Source of the DNA: Octopus sinensis
Taxonomy: Eukaryota
Assembly: GCF_006345805.1 (NCBI RefSeq)
Contig: NW_021831862.1
Location: forward strand, 1 to 63,588
Direction of reading: 5' to 3'
DNA length: 63,588 bases
Shown: positions 12,605 to 25,483 of the stretch, one piece after another
Layout of the letters: each line of letters starts with the position of its first letter
Position numbering within the stretch: position 1 is the first letter of the stretch
Translations under genes and position numbers: made by a program
Notes under the pieces: generated by a model
The model's input: the letters and a program-made list of their open reading frames with translations, nothing else
The model's database searches: none
What the model was told of the DNA's origin: nothing

Positions 12605-12795
12605 TTTATATTTCATCTAGTTTCAGCTCACGAGTTGTGGCCATGCCGGGGCACCGCCATTTGGTGTTGCTACATAATTTTACTTCACGAATGCTTTTTA
12701 GGAATTGTCATTTGGTGCATGAGAGAGTTTGATGCGGCTGTCTTCATCTGCACCTCCTGCCGCGAAGTTGGTTCGTCTGAGACACTTGACACTTG
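12605..12795 (-). mobile_element. CR1-like LINE 3' end
   Basis: Minus: SSVSDEPTSRQEVQMKTAASNSLMHQ, then tail ggcggtgccccggcatggccacaactcgtgagctgaaactag; CR1 assignment is from recalled C-terminal motif. Confidence 0.6.
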
Positions 12796-13050
12796 ACATA
12801 ACTAAAATTATTGCAATAATTAATATGAAATAAGTGATATAATTAAATATCTGGATATGAATTAATTTCCCTGGTACTAAGAATATTGTATAAGCTGAAA
12901 GATTGCTGTAGATATCAGAAAATGCTGCTAATTAGAAAATTTCTTGGAAGCCATTACGTAAACAGACGTGTTTTCCTTGAAAATATATTATGAGTAGGTT
13001 TTAAATTTTGTATTCGGTTCTATATTTCTGCTTAGTTGTTGTTGTTGTTG

Positions 13051-13113
<63 letters not shown>

Positions 13114-13114
13114 G

Positions 13115-13328
13115 AGGCGGCGAGCTGGCAGAATCGTTAGCATGCCGGGCGAAATGCTTTAGCGGTATTTCGTCGGTCTTCACGTTCTGGGTCCAAATGC
13201 CGCCGAGGTCGACTTTGCCTTTCATCTATTCGGGGTCGATAAATTAAGTACCGGTGAAACACTGGGGTCGATGTAATCGACTTACCCTCTCCCCACAAAT
13301 TTCAGGCCTTGTGCTTATAGTAGAAAGG

Positions 13329-13330
<2 letters not shown>
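13115..13330 (+). mobile_element. SINE family B, complete, flanked by (ATT)n on both sides
   Basis: aggcggcgagctggcagaatcgttagc head through gtagaaaggattatt tail. Confidence 0.92.
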
Positions 13331-13404
<74 letters not shown>

Positions 13405-13405
<1 letters not shown>

Positions 13406-13590
13406 TGATTTGACCCGGATCCGTTCTTATTCCTGTTAGAATTTCTGTAGGTAGTGGGTTACCACCTGTAACCTTAGGTATCCACAATTTTTCAATAGTC
13501 TTTCAAGTTCTTAGGGCCCTCCTGATAATCTTTCCTGTACTGAAGAGGCAAACTTTCTGTAGAGGATCTACAAGACATTCACTATTATTA
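13405..13590 (-). mobile_element. RLE-type (R4/Dong/HERO-like) LINE 3' end with (TAA)n tail
   Basis: Minus LQKVCLFSTGKIIRRAL*, similar to the QK..LLGTA.I.R.VL terminus, then 3' UTR running into (TAA)n. Confidence 0.6.
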
Positions 13591-15004
13591 TTTAATACAG
13601 ATTATTTCAGATGACAAAAGAATCTGAGACATGTCAAGCATGGTTTCTGATTAAGGAATAAGGTCAAAAATTTTGAAGAGAGAAGTTATTCGATCACATT
13701 AATCCCAGTACTTGTCTGAAATTTACTATATCGTTCTCGAAAGGATGAAAATCAAACTTGACTTTGTTGGAATTTACCTCAGAGTGTAAAAATGCTCAAA
13801 TGATTATGTCAGATTTCCGCCTTAAGTGATCTATCTATACGATGATAACGAAACTAGTTTTGAGTACGTAACTTTTAGTTAAAAAGGCAACATTAAAATC
13901 TACTCTGTCTAGAAAATTCTTATACATTCTGATTTGAATATTTCTTTTTTTATCAAACTGTGGTTTCAAGTTTCTTAAATTATTGACGATATCACCAACA
14001 CGATTCAAGCACAAAAAGCAATTTTTGTTCACTATAATATAGTCAGGTTGTAACAGTAATTTTTATTGACTGTGATATAGTCATGTAACACAACGAACTA
14101 ATGTTTTGTTTTGTTTTGTTTTTTTTTCTTGTAGGGGGGTGTACCGTTTTGGTTTATACTTCTGGAACTATAAATGTTGCGTGAATAACGCTGCCTTTGA
14201 GTTCTTGGTATTATATATATATGCATATGTTTGCACAGACATATGTATGTATGTATATATGCATGTATGTATGCATGATGTATGCGTGTATGTAAGTATT
14301 TGTATGTATGCATGTATGTTTGTATGTATGTATGTATGTATGTATGTATGTATGTATGTACGTATGTATGTATGTATATATGTATGTACGTATGCATGTA
14401 TGTATGTGTGTATGTAAGTATGTGCATTTATTTATTTACTGAGCAAGAGAGTACTGTTGGGTGAATAAAGGATACAAAGGAAAACAAGGCGAAATATATC
14501 AGAAAAATTACACAAATCAGATATCAAATCTGTAAATATTACACAGTGGCCAGCAGAAAACCACCCGGATGGTGAACTTGCTGCTAGTGTATATAATGAC
14601 CATGGAAACCGTTTAAGATTCCAGTGCATATCACAAGATTCTAAAATATATCACATGATTCTAAGGCTTCTATACAGTTTCCCCCAACCCAATTTCATTC
14701 ACCGGTTTATAGGTCGCTATAAAATATTACATTTGCCAAACATTTCATGCAATGGGATTGCACCTGACTACTCGTGGTTGGTTGTAAAATGTACATCCTA
14801 GCAATTCGGACATATTGGGCATTCAACAACTTACTTATGAGCTGACAAATTCATTGAGCGTGGAGTTCAGTTGAGCAAATAACTTAAAGCTGATCGTCGA
14901 AATCGGTGGATACCAATTTCCATATACTTTCTCATGTTTCGTTACCTTCATGGTTTATTAAACAAAGAAACCTTCTTTTTGCGAAACTGCCCAGTATCTT
15001 GACT

Positions 15005-15075
15005 TGATTTTGATTTGATTTTGATTTTTCCAGTTTCAGCTAATGAGCTGTGGCCATGCTGGGGCACCGCCATTC
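15005..15075 (-). mobile_element. CR1-type 3' tail stub (inverted partner at 17212-17278)
   Basis: ggcggtgccccagcatggccacagctcattagctgaaactggaaaaatcaaa..; a near-identical stub lies on + at 17212. Confidence 0.7.
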
Positions 15076-15649
15076 ACTTCATAGTGAATTTGTATTTGGT
15101 ATCGCTTCATTGAGAAATATACACACATAGAATTATCTATACAACCATAAACGCATACATACAGACATATGTACACACACATACATACATACATACATAC
15201 ACATACTTACATACACACATACATACATACATGCATACATACATATATACATACATACATACATACACAAACACACATACACACATACATACACGCATAT
15301 ATACATATATACATACATACACATACATACATGCATACATACGTACATATATACATACATACATACACATACTTACATACACGCATACATACATGCATAC
15401 ATACATATATACATACAAACATATGTCTGTGCAAACATGCATATATATGTAAGTATACATATATACAAACACACACATAAACTCACATACACTACGCTCA
15501 CACAGAGGTCTAGTTAACTAGCTAGCCACCTATCTATATAGAAAAACAGTTAGAAAAGAAAATGGGGCGGAGGAAGACACGAAGAAAGAAACAAAGAAAA
15601 AAAGGAGAAAGGAAAAAGAAAGATAAATAGACAGACAGGTAGACAGGTA

Positions 15650-15914
<265 letters not shown>

Positions 15915-15958
15915 AAATTTTAGTCCATTGATTAAACCTCGCCAAGTTAAATATTTAA

Positions 15959-16026
15959 ACCACCTGATGAATGACTGTAACTCGAAAATTTAAAGAAATT
16001 AACAGCCACGAAACGATCGTAGTGTT
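15959..16026 (+). ncRNA. Minimal HHR motif
   Basis: Helix I (A)CCAC/GUG(UU); CUGAUGA; helix II UGACUGU/ACAGCCA with mismatches; GAAAC-GAUC-GUA; palindromic helix III ACGAUCGU. Confidence 0.65.
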
Positions 16027-16248
16027 ATATTAATTATATTTTTTTAATAATTTTGTTATATATTTAAATAATATAAATTAAATAATCTTATGTATTGGCT
16101 TAAGTTTTTCATTGTATGATTTGCCTAATAGTGGTTTTTATCTCTAATTTAATATAATATAATATTTTACTATAAAATTGGATCAATCCTAAATCTGATT
16201 TTCCCTGTAAGTTTGATTTATCCCTAATATTTATTATTATTATCTATA

Positions 16249-16325
<77 letters not shown>

Positions 16326-16385
16326 TGTATGTATGTATATTTATATGTGTATATATATGTGCATTATGTACACACACATACACAC

Positions 16386-16440
<55 letters not shown>

Positions 16441-16987
16441 GTATATATACATACATATATGCATACACGACCAATTATATACATAGACACAAATATATAA
16501 GCGTACATGTACACAATTTTTACATACGTACACAAATGCATACGTAAATCATATAATAGATACGCAAATACATGCATAAATACATATACACACAACATAT
16601 ATGTGAACATACATACATATATATGCACATGCATTGAATAGTCAGACGAGATTATGATACATTGTAGCCGATCAGTTACTAAACATGTCGTCGCCAACGA
16701 AAATTTTATCAACGCCATCATTCATCTCACTAATTAGCATTAACCATAACTAACCGGCTGACTCAGAAATTCAGTGTGTGTTTGTAATTAAGCTAAATCG
16801 CATTTAGAAGCACGAAAACATTATATCAGCATTCAATAACAAAATTCTCTTGTAATCCAGCAAGATAGTAATAGCGTAAATTTATTCACCGACGAGGTTT
16901 GCTTTTTTTATTTTGTATTTGCTATTTCGCTTTTTTTTTTCGCTTATTTTCTGTCGCCAAAGAGGAACTGTGTAAATGTGTGTGTGT

Positions 16988-17023
<36 letters not shown>

Positions 17024-17302
17024 TGTGTGTGCGTGCGTATTTGTATGTATGTGTGTGTGTGTGTGCGTGTGTGTGGCTTAAGCATATTTCTCTCTTTATA
17101 TACATATGTATATATATGAAAATATATTTACATATATATTTATATATATATATAATATATATATATGGGTATATATTTACAAATACAACAATATACAAAT
17201 ACAAACATAAATGGCGGTTCCCTAGCATGGCCACAGCTCATTAGCTGAAACTGGAAAAATCAAATCAAAAATCAATATATTGTGCGTGTGTGTGTGTATG
17301 TG

Positions 17303-17355
<53 letters not shown>

Positions 17356-17382
17356 ATATATATAGTATATATATATGTATAT

Positions 17383-17416
<34 letters not shown>

Positions 17417-17484
17417 ACACACATATATAATATGTGTATATATGTATGTGTGTATATATGTATATATATACATACACACACACA

Positions 17485-17833
17485 CAGAGTTAAACACACA
17501 GACACACACACAGATACACGCACAGACACACAAGTTGAGTTTTATATATATAGATTTGGTTAAATTTGGTTAAAGTGATTCAAGCTGCAGACTCAACGCA
17601 AAATGGTCACATTTAATTTAAAGCGTTAAAAATGTTATGAAAACAATTGGTATGTGTTCACAAAGTCCAAACGATTAATACGAAAAAACCCTCCTGGCTA
17701 CATCCCGAAAAGTCATTTCTTTGCCGAATTTCTACAATGTTTACGGCGATTCGTTTTTATATCTTGACTTTTTATTTTTCATGCAATTTACGCATGCTTG
17801 CAAGCGTGGTGAACACAGTTCACGTCAAACAGC
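17485..17833 (-). mobile_element. Non-autonomous Helitron-like fragments (interior segment followed by a 5' end)
   Basis: A|TCTATATATATAAAACTCAACTTG start at 17554 on minus; 17674-17833 is inverted at 18798-18960. Confidence 0.6.
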
Positions 17834-17882
17834 GTATATATTGAGTATATATTCAATATACAAATATATATCATAATATTAA

Positions 17883-17915
<33 letters not shown>

Positions 17916-17934
17916 AATATATATATATATATAT

Positions 17935-17965
<31 letters not shown>

Positions 17966-17967
17966 CA

Positions 17968-18412
17968 CACAAATATAGAGAGTGTCCACTATGTGGTCGA
18001 CTCTTGCGCTAAAAATAGATCCGCTATGGTCTCAACTACCAAGAATTGTTTCCAAGGAGAATTAGCACAATTATGAGCGTAAACGAGCAGGACAAATTAA
18101 AAATAACATAAATGTAGATTAATGTGTTTGACGTTATGTTAAAATCTAGCGTGCGGTTTAGTAAATTGTATCCAAGACAAATTCTACTGATGAGCTACGG
18201 ATATATTATATAAGTAAAATTGCATAATTCATTAATAGCGAAACAATTGTCTAGAATTAATCTACATTTATGTTATTTTTCATTTGTTCTGCTCGTTTAC
18301 GCTCATAGTTGTGCTAATTCTCCTTGGAAACAATTCTTGGTGGTTGAGACCATAGCGGATCTATTTTTAGCGCAAGAGTCGACCACATAGTGGATACTCT
18401 CTTATATTTGTG
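17968..18412. mobile_element. Fold-back element with ~156-bp inverted arms and an HHR in the spacer
   Basis: 17968-18123 pairs with 18256-18412; TA-like flanks. Confidence 0.85.
18180..18258 (+). ncRNA. Canonical-core minimal type-I hammerhead ribozyme
   Basis: Helix I AAUUCUA/UAGAAUU (7 bp); CUGAUGA; helix II GCUA/UAGC; GAAAC-AAUU-GUC; palindromic helix III ACAAUUGU; predicted cleavage after C18251. Confidence 0.85.
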
Positions 18413-18513
18413 TATAAATTTTTATTGTATCCCTGGTTTTTATGCGCTAAGCCACTCGGTGTTAAATTGATGGTTATTAAATTAATATCCAATTTTTTTC
18501 ACCCTTATTTTTT

Positions 18514-18561
<48 letters not shown>

Positions 18562-18574
<13 letters not shown>

Positions 18575-18960
18575 TCAACTTGTGTATCTGTGTGTGTGTG
18601 GTGTGTTTAACTTCCCGCCACATCTCCTCCTAGCCAACAAATCGCATAACCACCAAAAATGGGTCACTTAAAGTTTAGGCGAATGAAAATTGAACTGCGC
18701 TATTTCTGTTCCGAAATTCATCTCGCAAGTGCAAAAATCGATAATGTGTTTGTTTAGGCCTTATCCCATGCATTGAATAGTGAACTTTACTCAGTCAGCT
18801 GTTTGACGTGAACTGTGTTCACCACGCGTGCAAGCATGCGTAAATTGCATGAAAAGTAAAAAAAAATCAAGATATAAAAACGAATCATCGTAAACATTGT
18901 AGAAATTCGGCAAATAAATGAATTTTCGGGATGTAGCCTGGAGGGTTTTTTCGTATTAAT
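18562..18960 (+). mobile_element. Non-autonomous Helitron-like element, 5' part
   Basis: TATATATAAAACTCAACTTGTGT-(TG)n start, same family as the 17554 start; carries the segment inverted at 17674-17833. Confidence 0.6.
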
Positions 18961-19086
18961 ATATATATATACATATATCATCATATATATATGTAGATAT
19001 ATATATATTATATATATATATATAATATATATTATATATAATATATATATATATATATCTTATATATACATATATACATATATATA

Positions 19087-19345
19087 TGAGAGTATGATAG
19101 AAGAAGGCTAACTCTTCCTTCCGTAGAAGAAAAAATTCAAAATGGACCATGTTAACACCAAAAATTATTTACATCAAAAAGGTGCCTTTTTTCTATGAAA
19201 ATCCCTATTTTTTACGATGTGTCGCCATTTTTCGGTTTATTTCACTTAAAGAGAATAACAAGCTACTCACTGCCAAATTTTTAGTTTTCAAAAATTCCAA
19301 TTCTAAAGGGTCTAAACAAACCGCAACACCGGGTGATACAGCTAG
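19087..19345 (+). mobile_element. Helitron-like 3' end
   Basis: Ends caacaccgggtgatacagCTAG|T with a partly decayed subterminal hairpin. Confidence 0.6.
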
Positions 19346-19411
19346 TATATATATAAACATATATCTGTCTACGTTTATGTCATCATATCTGCTATCTCTT
19401 TCTCCTTCTCA

Positions 19412-19442
<31 letters not shown>

Positions 19443-20110
19443 CCTCTGTATCTCATTGTGATCATATGCTTTTTTACTCTCTGTCAACTCAATGCGCGCA
19501 AATACTCATACTTACATGCATGCATGCACACATACACACACATACACACATATATATTTAGTCCTTTACAACTGTTGTCATAGGTGCACTAGTAACATTA
19601 CATTTACATAAAATCACAGAAATGTCGGGTTTTTTCCAAGAAGAATAAAAACAAACTGGGTCGCATTCTCCACATACAATTAAATGGTGTTACTTTGAAA
19701 ATTCGTAGAACATTCCAGGAATTCCGCATTTGAGGTTTCTAAGCCGAAAATATGCACGCAGTCACATACATGCATGTTTAGAACACACACAGACACAGAC
19801 ACACAAAATATACGAGTTTATGTAGTATATTGACATAGGCAGTTACTTCATGACTCCAAGTTCACACACACACACACGTGCACATATACACACATGCGTA
19901 TGCATTCCCATTAACGAGTTCACATATACAAAACGGCCAACCCACAGGAGCCGTCATATTGTAAACAAAGGACCTTTGCCACTTTGCTAGTAGTTGGTTT
20001 GAATTCTGCAAAGGAAAGATGCTTAAATAAATCCCAATGAATTACACGCATTCACATGCACACGCAAGCATGCACAGACACAGACACAGACACACACACA
20101 CACACACACA

Positions 20111-20143
<33 letters not shown>

Positions 20144-20174
20144 TGTATGCATGCATGATATTAAGTATTTTATC

Positions 20175-20480
20175 GTTGTTGCTTGTTCCTTCTCGAGCCA
20201 TGCCTGGTTCATGAGAGCCGGTTTCCCGGTTTCATTGGCGTATAGGCCTCCACTTGGGCGGGACGCCAGTCTGTCGCAAGTGGGCCACCAGACGCAGGAA
20301 GAAAGAGTGAGAGAAAGTTGTGATGAAAGAGTCAGCAGAAGTTCGCCATTACCTTTTACCAGAGCCGCGTGGACCTTAGGTGTTTCGCTCATAAAGACAC
20401 ACAACGCCCGGTCTGAGATTTGAACCTGCCATTCCTCGAGCACAACCCGCTGCTCTAACGACTAGGATATATGCCTCCAA
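20175..20480 (-). mobile_element. SINE family C
   Basis: Minus: ..cctagtcgttagagcagcggg..ggttcaaatctcagaccgggcg..gagccaggcatggctcgagaaggaacaag. Confidence 0.88.
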
Positions 20481-20786
20481 TGATCTTAAGTATACTGGAA
20501 GTAAATTAGCAGTTCCAGTTCTCTGGAACTACTTTATTTGACGTGTATATAAAGGGATTGGCTAATTGTTTTATTTGAATTAATAAAGTGATACAGACAC
20601 TTTTGATGAGACTCCAATGAGGATGGAAAATCGTATGATTGTGCTCATCATGTTTTTCAATCTACCGAGAAATAGATTGATTTGACACATAATGTGTTTT
20701 TGTGTCTACTACATGTTTGTGTGTATATGTAGTAGACATCATATTCTCTATGTATATATATGCATATATACATATATATATATACA

Positions 20787-20821
<35 letters not shown>

Positions 20822-21849
20822 AGAGAGAGAAAGACAGACAGACAGACAGACAGAGAGGGGATGTGTTATCGTCAGGTTGATTCAAACTAACAGGTATGAG
20901 TACTGGGTGCTCAAGTAGGTGCGCCACCCAACTTCTAGTTTGAACGATAATTGAAGTTGTGGTTATGTGATTTTCTTATTCAAAACGACTGTAGGTGGCT
21001 TCTCTTTGAGTCGGTAAGAGTGGGTTAAAGTAGTGAAGAAAGGCAAACAATTGGGCAAGGCATGACCAGGACATTTAATTTCAGTCAATTCAGTCTAAAT
21101 TTAGCTACATAACGAATAGTCAACAACGTAAAAAAAAAGTAAAAAATGCAGAACCGGAAAGAGGGAGAGAAAGATGGATGGATATATCATTATTTAGTTG
21201 GGAATATTTCGTCTATATTTTGGGGGAAAGAGAGTTGAGCAAAATATGAAAATTTATAAAACAAACGTATTTACACATTTGGAAAACAAAGTTTTGTTGA
21301 ATCGCAGATCAATAACTTAGACATAATCCCGCGTGCTCGCGCAAATGTGTACGTATGTGCTTACGTGTAGTGGAATGTAAGTGCAATGGTGCGTGTGCGC
21401 GTGCGTACGCACGAGCGTGTGTGCGTGTGTAGGGAGACGGGGAGAGAGAGAGAGGAGTGAGAGGGTAAGTGAACAGTTGGCTTGACTTAGTGATAAGTTG
21501 TCTTCGCTGCGGACACTGCAGTGACGTCAATGACCGAAAGAAAGAAAGAAAGAAAGAAAGATAGTTATTGCGAAGAATGTCTAATTAAATCCAAAGTTTC
21601 AGGTTGTCTGCTACATGTGAGGCAAGGTCACACATTTGGTGTAAGGCAAGAGAAATCATACAGTCTTTTTTTTTATCCTTGAGAAATAAAACGGTAAAGT
21701 GGCTGAATGCAGGCAAGATTTGAACACATGACATAGAGAACTAGAAGCCATCATTGAACCAGTTCCGTATTTTCTCTTTAATGTTAGATCTACATGAGGT
21801 GTTAACATTGTCGGGTTATACAAGATCGAAATTTCAAACTAAATTTATT

Positions 21850-22235
21850 GTGGATACGTGGTAGAATGTTTGCTTCCCAACCAGATTGTTCTGGGGGTTC
21901 AATTCCACTGCGTGACACCTAGCTTGGGCAAGAGTCTTTTACAATAGACCCGAGCCGACCAAAGCCTTGTGAGCGAAGTTGTTCGACGGAAACCGAAAAG
22001 AAGCCCGTCGTATATGTTTGCGTGTGTGGCATTGTGATTGTCCCCACCACCGCTTGACAACCGCTGCTGCTTTGTTTACATCGTCTTAACTTAGCAGTTC
22101 CACAAAAATGACCGATAAGATTAGTATTAGATTTTTTAAAATATGTACTGCAGTAATTTGTTCGCTTAAACCCGTCAAGGTGGCGCTCCAGCATGACCGC
22201 AGTTCAATGACTGAAACAAAAGAAAAACTAACAAA
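21850..22235 (+). mobile_element. SINE family A
   Basis: Head, internal (TG) tract and ggcgctccagcatgaccgcagttcaatgactgaaac tail. Confidence 0.85.
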
Positions 22236-22284
22236 ATACAAAACAAAAGCTGTTTGACTAATATAATAACAATAATAATAATAA

Positions 22285-22680
22285 TCCTTTCTACTATAGG
22301 CACAAAGCCTGGAATTTTGGGGTAGAGGGGAAGTCGATCACATCGACCCCATTAGACAACTGGTACTTAATTTATCGACCCCGAAAGGATGAAAGGCAAA
22401 GTCGACCTTGGCGGTATTTGAACTCAGAACGTAGCGGCAGACGAAATATACCTATTTCTTTACTACCCACAAGGGGCTAAACACAGAGAGGACAAACAAG
22501 GACAGACAAACGGATTAAGTCGATTATATCGACCCCAGAGCATAACTGGTACTTATTTAATCGACCCCGAAAGGATGAAAGGCAAAGTCGACGTCGGCGG
22601 AATTTGAACTCAGAACTTAGCGGCAGACGAAATACCGCTATGTATTTCGCCCTGCGTGCTAACGATTCAACCACTTCGCT
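22285..22680 (-). mobile_element. Head-to-tail dimer of SINE family B with (AAT)n tail
   Basis: Two units atcgaccccgaaaggatgaaaggcaaagtcgac..gaactcagaac. Confidence 0.9.
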
Positions 22681-22749
22681 GCCAAATTTAATGTACTTAG
22701 ATTATATGAATGAGCTTGCTTTGTCCTTTCTTCAGTTACCTCGTTATGA

Positions 22750-23240
22750 ATACACTACATCTGATTTAAGCTCAACTACAATGTCATTGATTATATAGCT
22801 GTTCAGTGCTAACTAAGGCTCAATTACAACATCAATGACCATATGTCGATCAGTGCTGAACTGCGTCCTAGACAAAGCTACGTCATAGATCATAATGCTG
22901 ACTTAAGATCAACGAAATACAATTGATCATAGGTCTGCTTGGCCAGCAGTGACATAGATTCAATTACGACACTGATCATAGACTTCTTTAATTATTTCTG
23001 ATTGATGCTCAACAGTATCATAGATCACAGATCTACCTGATCAGTGCTGATTGAGGCTCATCGACAACGTCATTGATAGCATATTTGATTGACTGAGGCT
23101 CAAATACTATCACACATCCGTTTGATCTGTGTTGACTGTTTGATCGGTTCGACCATGTTATTGATCATAGACCTGTTTCATCAGTACTGACTGACACTCA
23201 ATTAACTTATCATTGACCATTATATCTATTTGATCAGCAG
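22750..23240. repeat. Degenerate ~50-bp minisatellite, about 10 units
   Basis: Recurring (a/t)tgatcatag..gatcagtgctgactgaggctcaa at 22788, 22836, 22887, 22924, 22973, 23022, 23074, 23162 and 23214. Confidence 0.75.
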
Positions 23241-23243
23241 TGC

Positions 23244-23600
23244 TTCTACTATAGTCTTCTACTATAGGCTCGGGCCGACCAAAGCCTTGTGAGTGGATTT
23301 GGTAGACGGAAACTGAAAGAAGCCCGTAGTATATATGTATATATATATTTATATGTGTGTGGGGGGTGCGCGTGTGTGTGTGTGTGCGCGCGTGTGTCTG
23401 TGTTTGTCCCCCCAACATCACTTGACAACCGATGCTGGTGTGTTTACGTCCCTGTAACTTAGCGGTTCGGCAAAAGAGACCGATAGAATAAGTACTAGGC
23501 TTTACAAAGAATAAGTCCTGGGGTCGATTTGCTCGACTAAAGGATGTGCTCCAGAATGGCCACAATCAAATGACTGAAACAAGTAAAAGAGTAAAAGAAC
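23244..23600 (+). mobile_element. SINE family A, 5'-truncated
   Basis: cttctactataggctcgggccgaccaaagccttgtgagtgg.. to gactgaaacaagtaaaagagtaaaag. Confidence 0.92.
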
Positions 23601-24994
23601 TATCAGGGAACTCGTTTGGCTTACTAGAATTAGCAGCCAAAATTATTTCAAGTCGCACACTCTAATGTCTTAAAAAAGTAAGGTATAAAAAAAAATGAAA
23701 TAATCTACTCGAAGACGATGAGATGGTCAAACTGGAATTCTTTTAACCAAAAATCTCCTTGATCATGACTTAGCTTACCACAAAACAATATCAGTGACAA
23801 TAAAAACGTCTATATAAGAAAATATAAACAAAGCATTATTATTTAATAACTATTATTTGTCGAATTATACTTAATTATAACGAAAGAAATCGAATTATAA
23901 CAAATCAATGAATTGGTGAGGAACGTGATCAACCAAAAGCTGATCTCATCCTGAAAGTATCTCCATCAAATATGTCTGACATAAGAGCGGAAGAAGTGTT
24001 AAAAACACTGGCAATTCTCTTAATGTTCTCCAATTTATTTCACATACAGTTCATACTGTCTACTAAATGAAACAATGCAAGAACGAGTGAGGATTATTCA
24101 TAAGATACTTGAAACACGACAAAATAGCGTGTAGCTCCGCAGCGAATAAATAAAGAAAGAAATAAGTAAATAAATGAATAAATAAATGATAGAGAAGAGC
24201 GATGTCATTAGCTATGGTTGGTGGGTGGCATTGTATTCGTTTTATGGTTTAAGAACACGTTCAGATAATAATAACCAGAAGATAACAATCCCCATTAGCA
24301 CTGGATTGTTTGTAAGTTGATAGCTTCGCTTCAGAAATGTGCGCACGCAATCGAGAATACACACACAAAAACACACACACACACATGCACGCACGCACGC
24401 ACACACGCACGCACACACACACACACACGCACACAAGGACACATAATCATGCACAAACACTCACACATACATATACACACGCGCACAAAAGCCTGAACAC
24501 CCTGCCTCTAGAAAATTGTAGGCGAAAACTTCAAGGTGTATGTGTGTGCGTGTGTGTGCGTGAGTGTGTGCGTGTGTGTGTGTGTATGCGCGCGCGTGTG
24601 TGTGTACGTCTGTCCGTATAAAATAATACTCTCGAACACGCATACAGAATTACATAATCTTTTATTCTTTAATTGGTTTTCATTATTAGACTATGGCCAT
24701 ACTGTAGCATTGCCTTTCATTACATGATGAATTTTGTCGATGTACTTATTCGAATCTGATAAGTATTCTATCGAAATACATTTGTCAAACCGCTAAGTTA
24801 CGAGACACAAAATGGCAGTATAGACATCACCAGTTGCATGCAGAGCAAACGGAAGAGCACCTTTACACAAACACACATACATGGACGTACAAGAAAGGAG
24901 TTTGCGTGTGTGTGTATGTGTGCGCGCGCGCGTATGATGAGAATCTGTGCAGTTTCCGCATATTAAATTCATCTCACAAGATGAAATACTAAAA

Positions 24995-25146
24995 AAAGCA
25001 CATTTGTGGCAAGACGCTTGGTTCCCAACCACATGGTTCCAGGTTCAGTCCCACTGCGTGGCACCTTAGGTAAACATATTCTACTATAGCCTCGGGTCGA
25101 CTAAAGCCTTGTGAGTGGATTTGGTTGACGGAAACCAAAGCCAGTA

Positions 25147-25202
<56 letters not shown>

Positions 25203-25483
25203 AGTATATATATATATACTATATAATATATGATATAGTATAATTTGTATTGTGTATGTGTGTGTGTATGTGCCCCCCCCCCCGCTATCGTTTCACAACC
25301 GATGTTTGTGTGTTTACTTCCCCGTAACTTAAGGGTTCGACAAAAGGAACCGATAGAATAAGCACAAGGCTTACAAAGAGTAAGTCCTGAGGTCGATTTC
25401 TTCGACTAAAACTCCTAAGATAGTGCTCCAACATGGCCACAGTCAAATGACTGGCGCATGTAAAAGACTAAAAGAATAAAGAA
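24995..25483 (+). mobile_element. SINE family A with expanded internal (TA)n
   Basis: cccaaccacatggttccaggttcagtcccactgcgtggcacc head and standard tail. Confidence 0.9.

Noticed and set aside
14469-14780. ~100-codon stop-free frame (EKLHKSDIK..)
   Set aside because: No start, no clear splice sites and no recognisable domain; its 3' part overlaps a decayed SINE
17968-18412. Plain Tc1/mariner MITE interpretation
   Set aside because: Not excluded, but it does not explain a complete HHR in the spacer with the arm ending next to the cleavage site
21460-21535. GTAAGT donor-like site and TGACGTCA CRE motif
   Set aside because: Short motifs expected by chance in 63 kb, with no supporting exon or promoter context; the same applies to donors near 31545 and 42207
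22750-23240. CRISPR-like array
   Set aside because: The units are degenerate tandem copies without unique spacers, in eukaryotic repeat DNA with no cas genes
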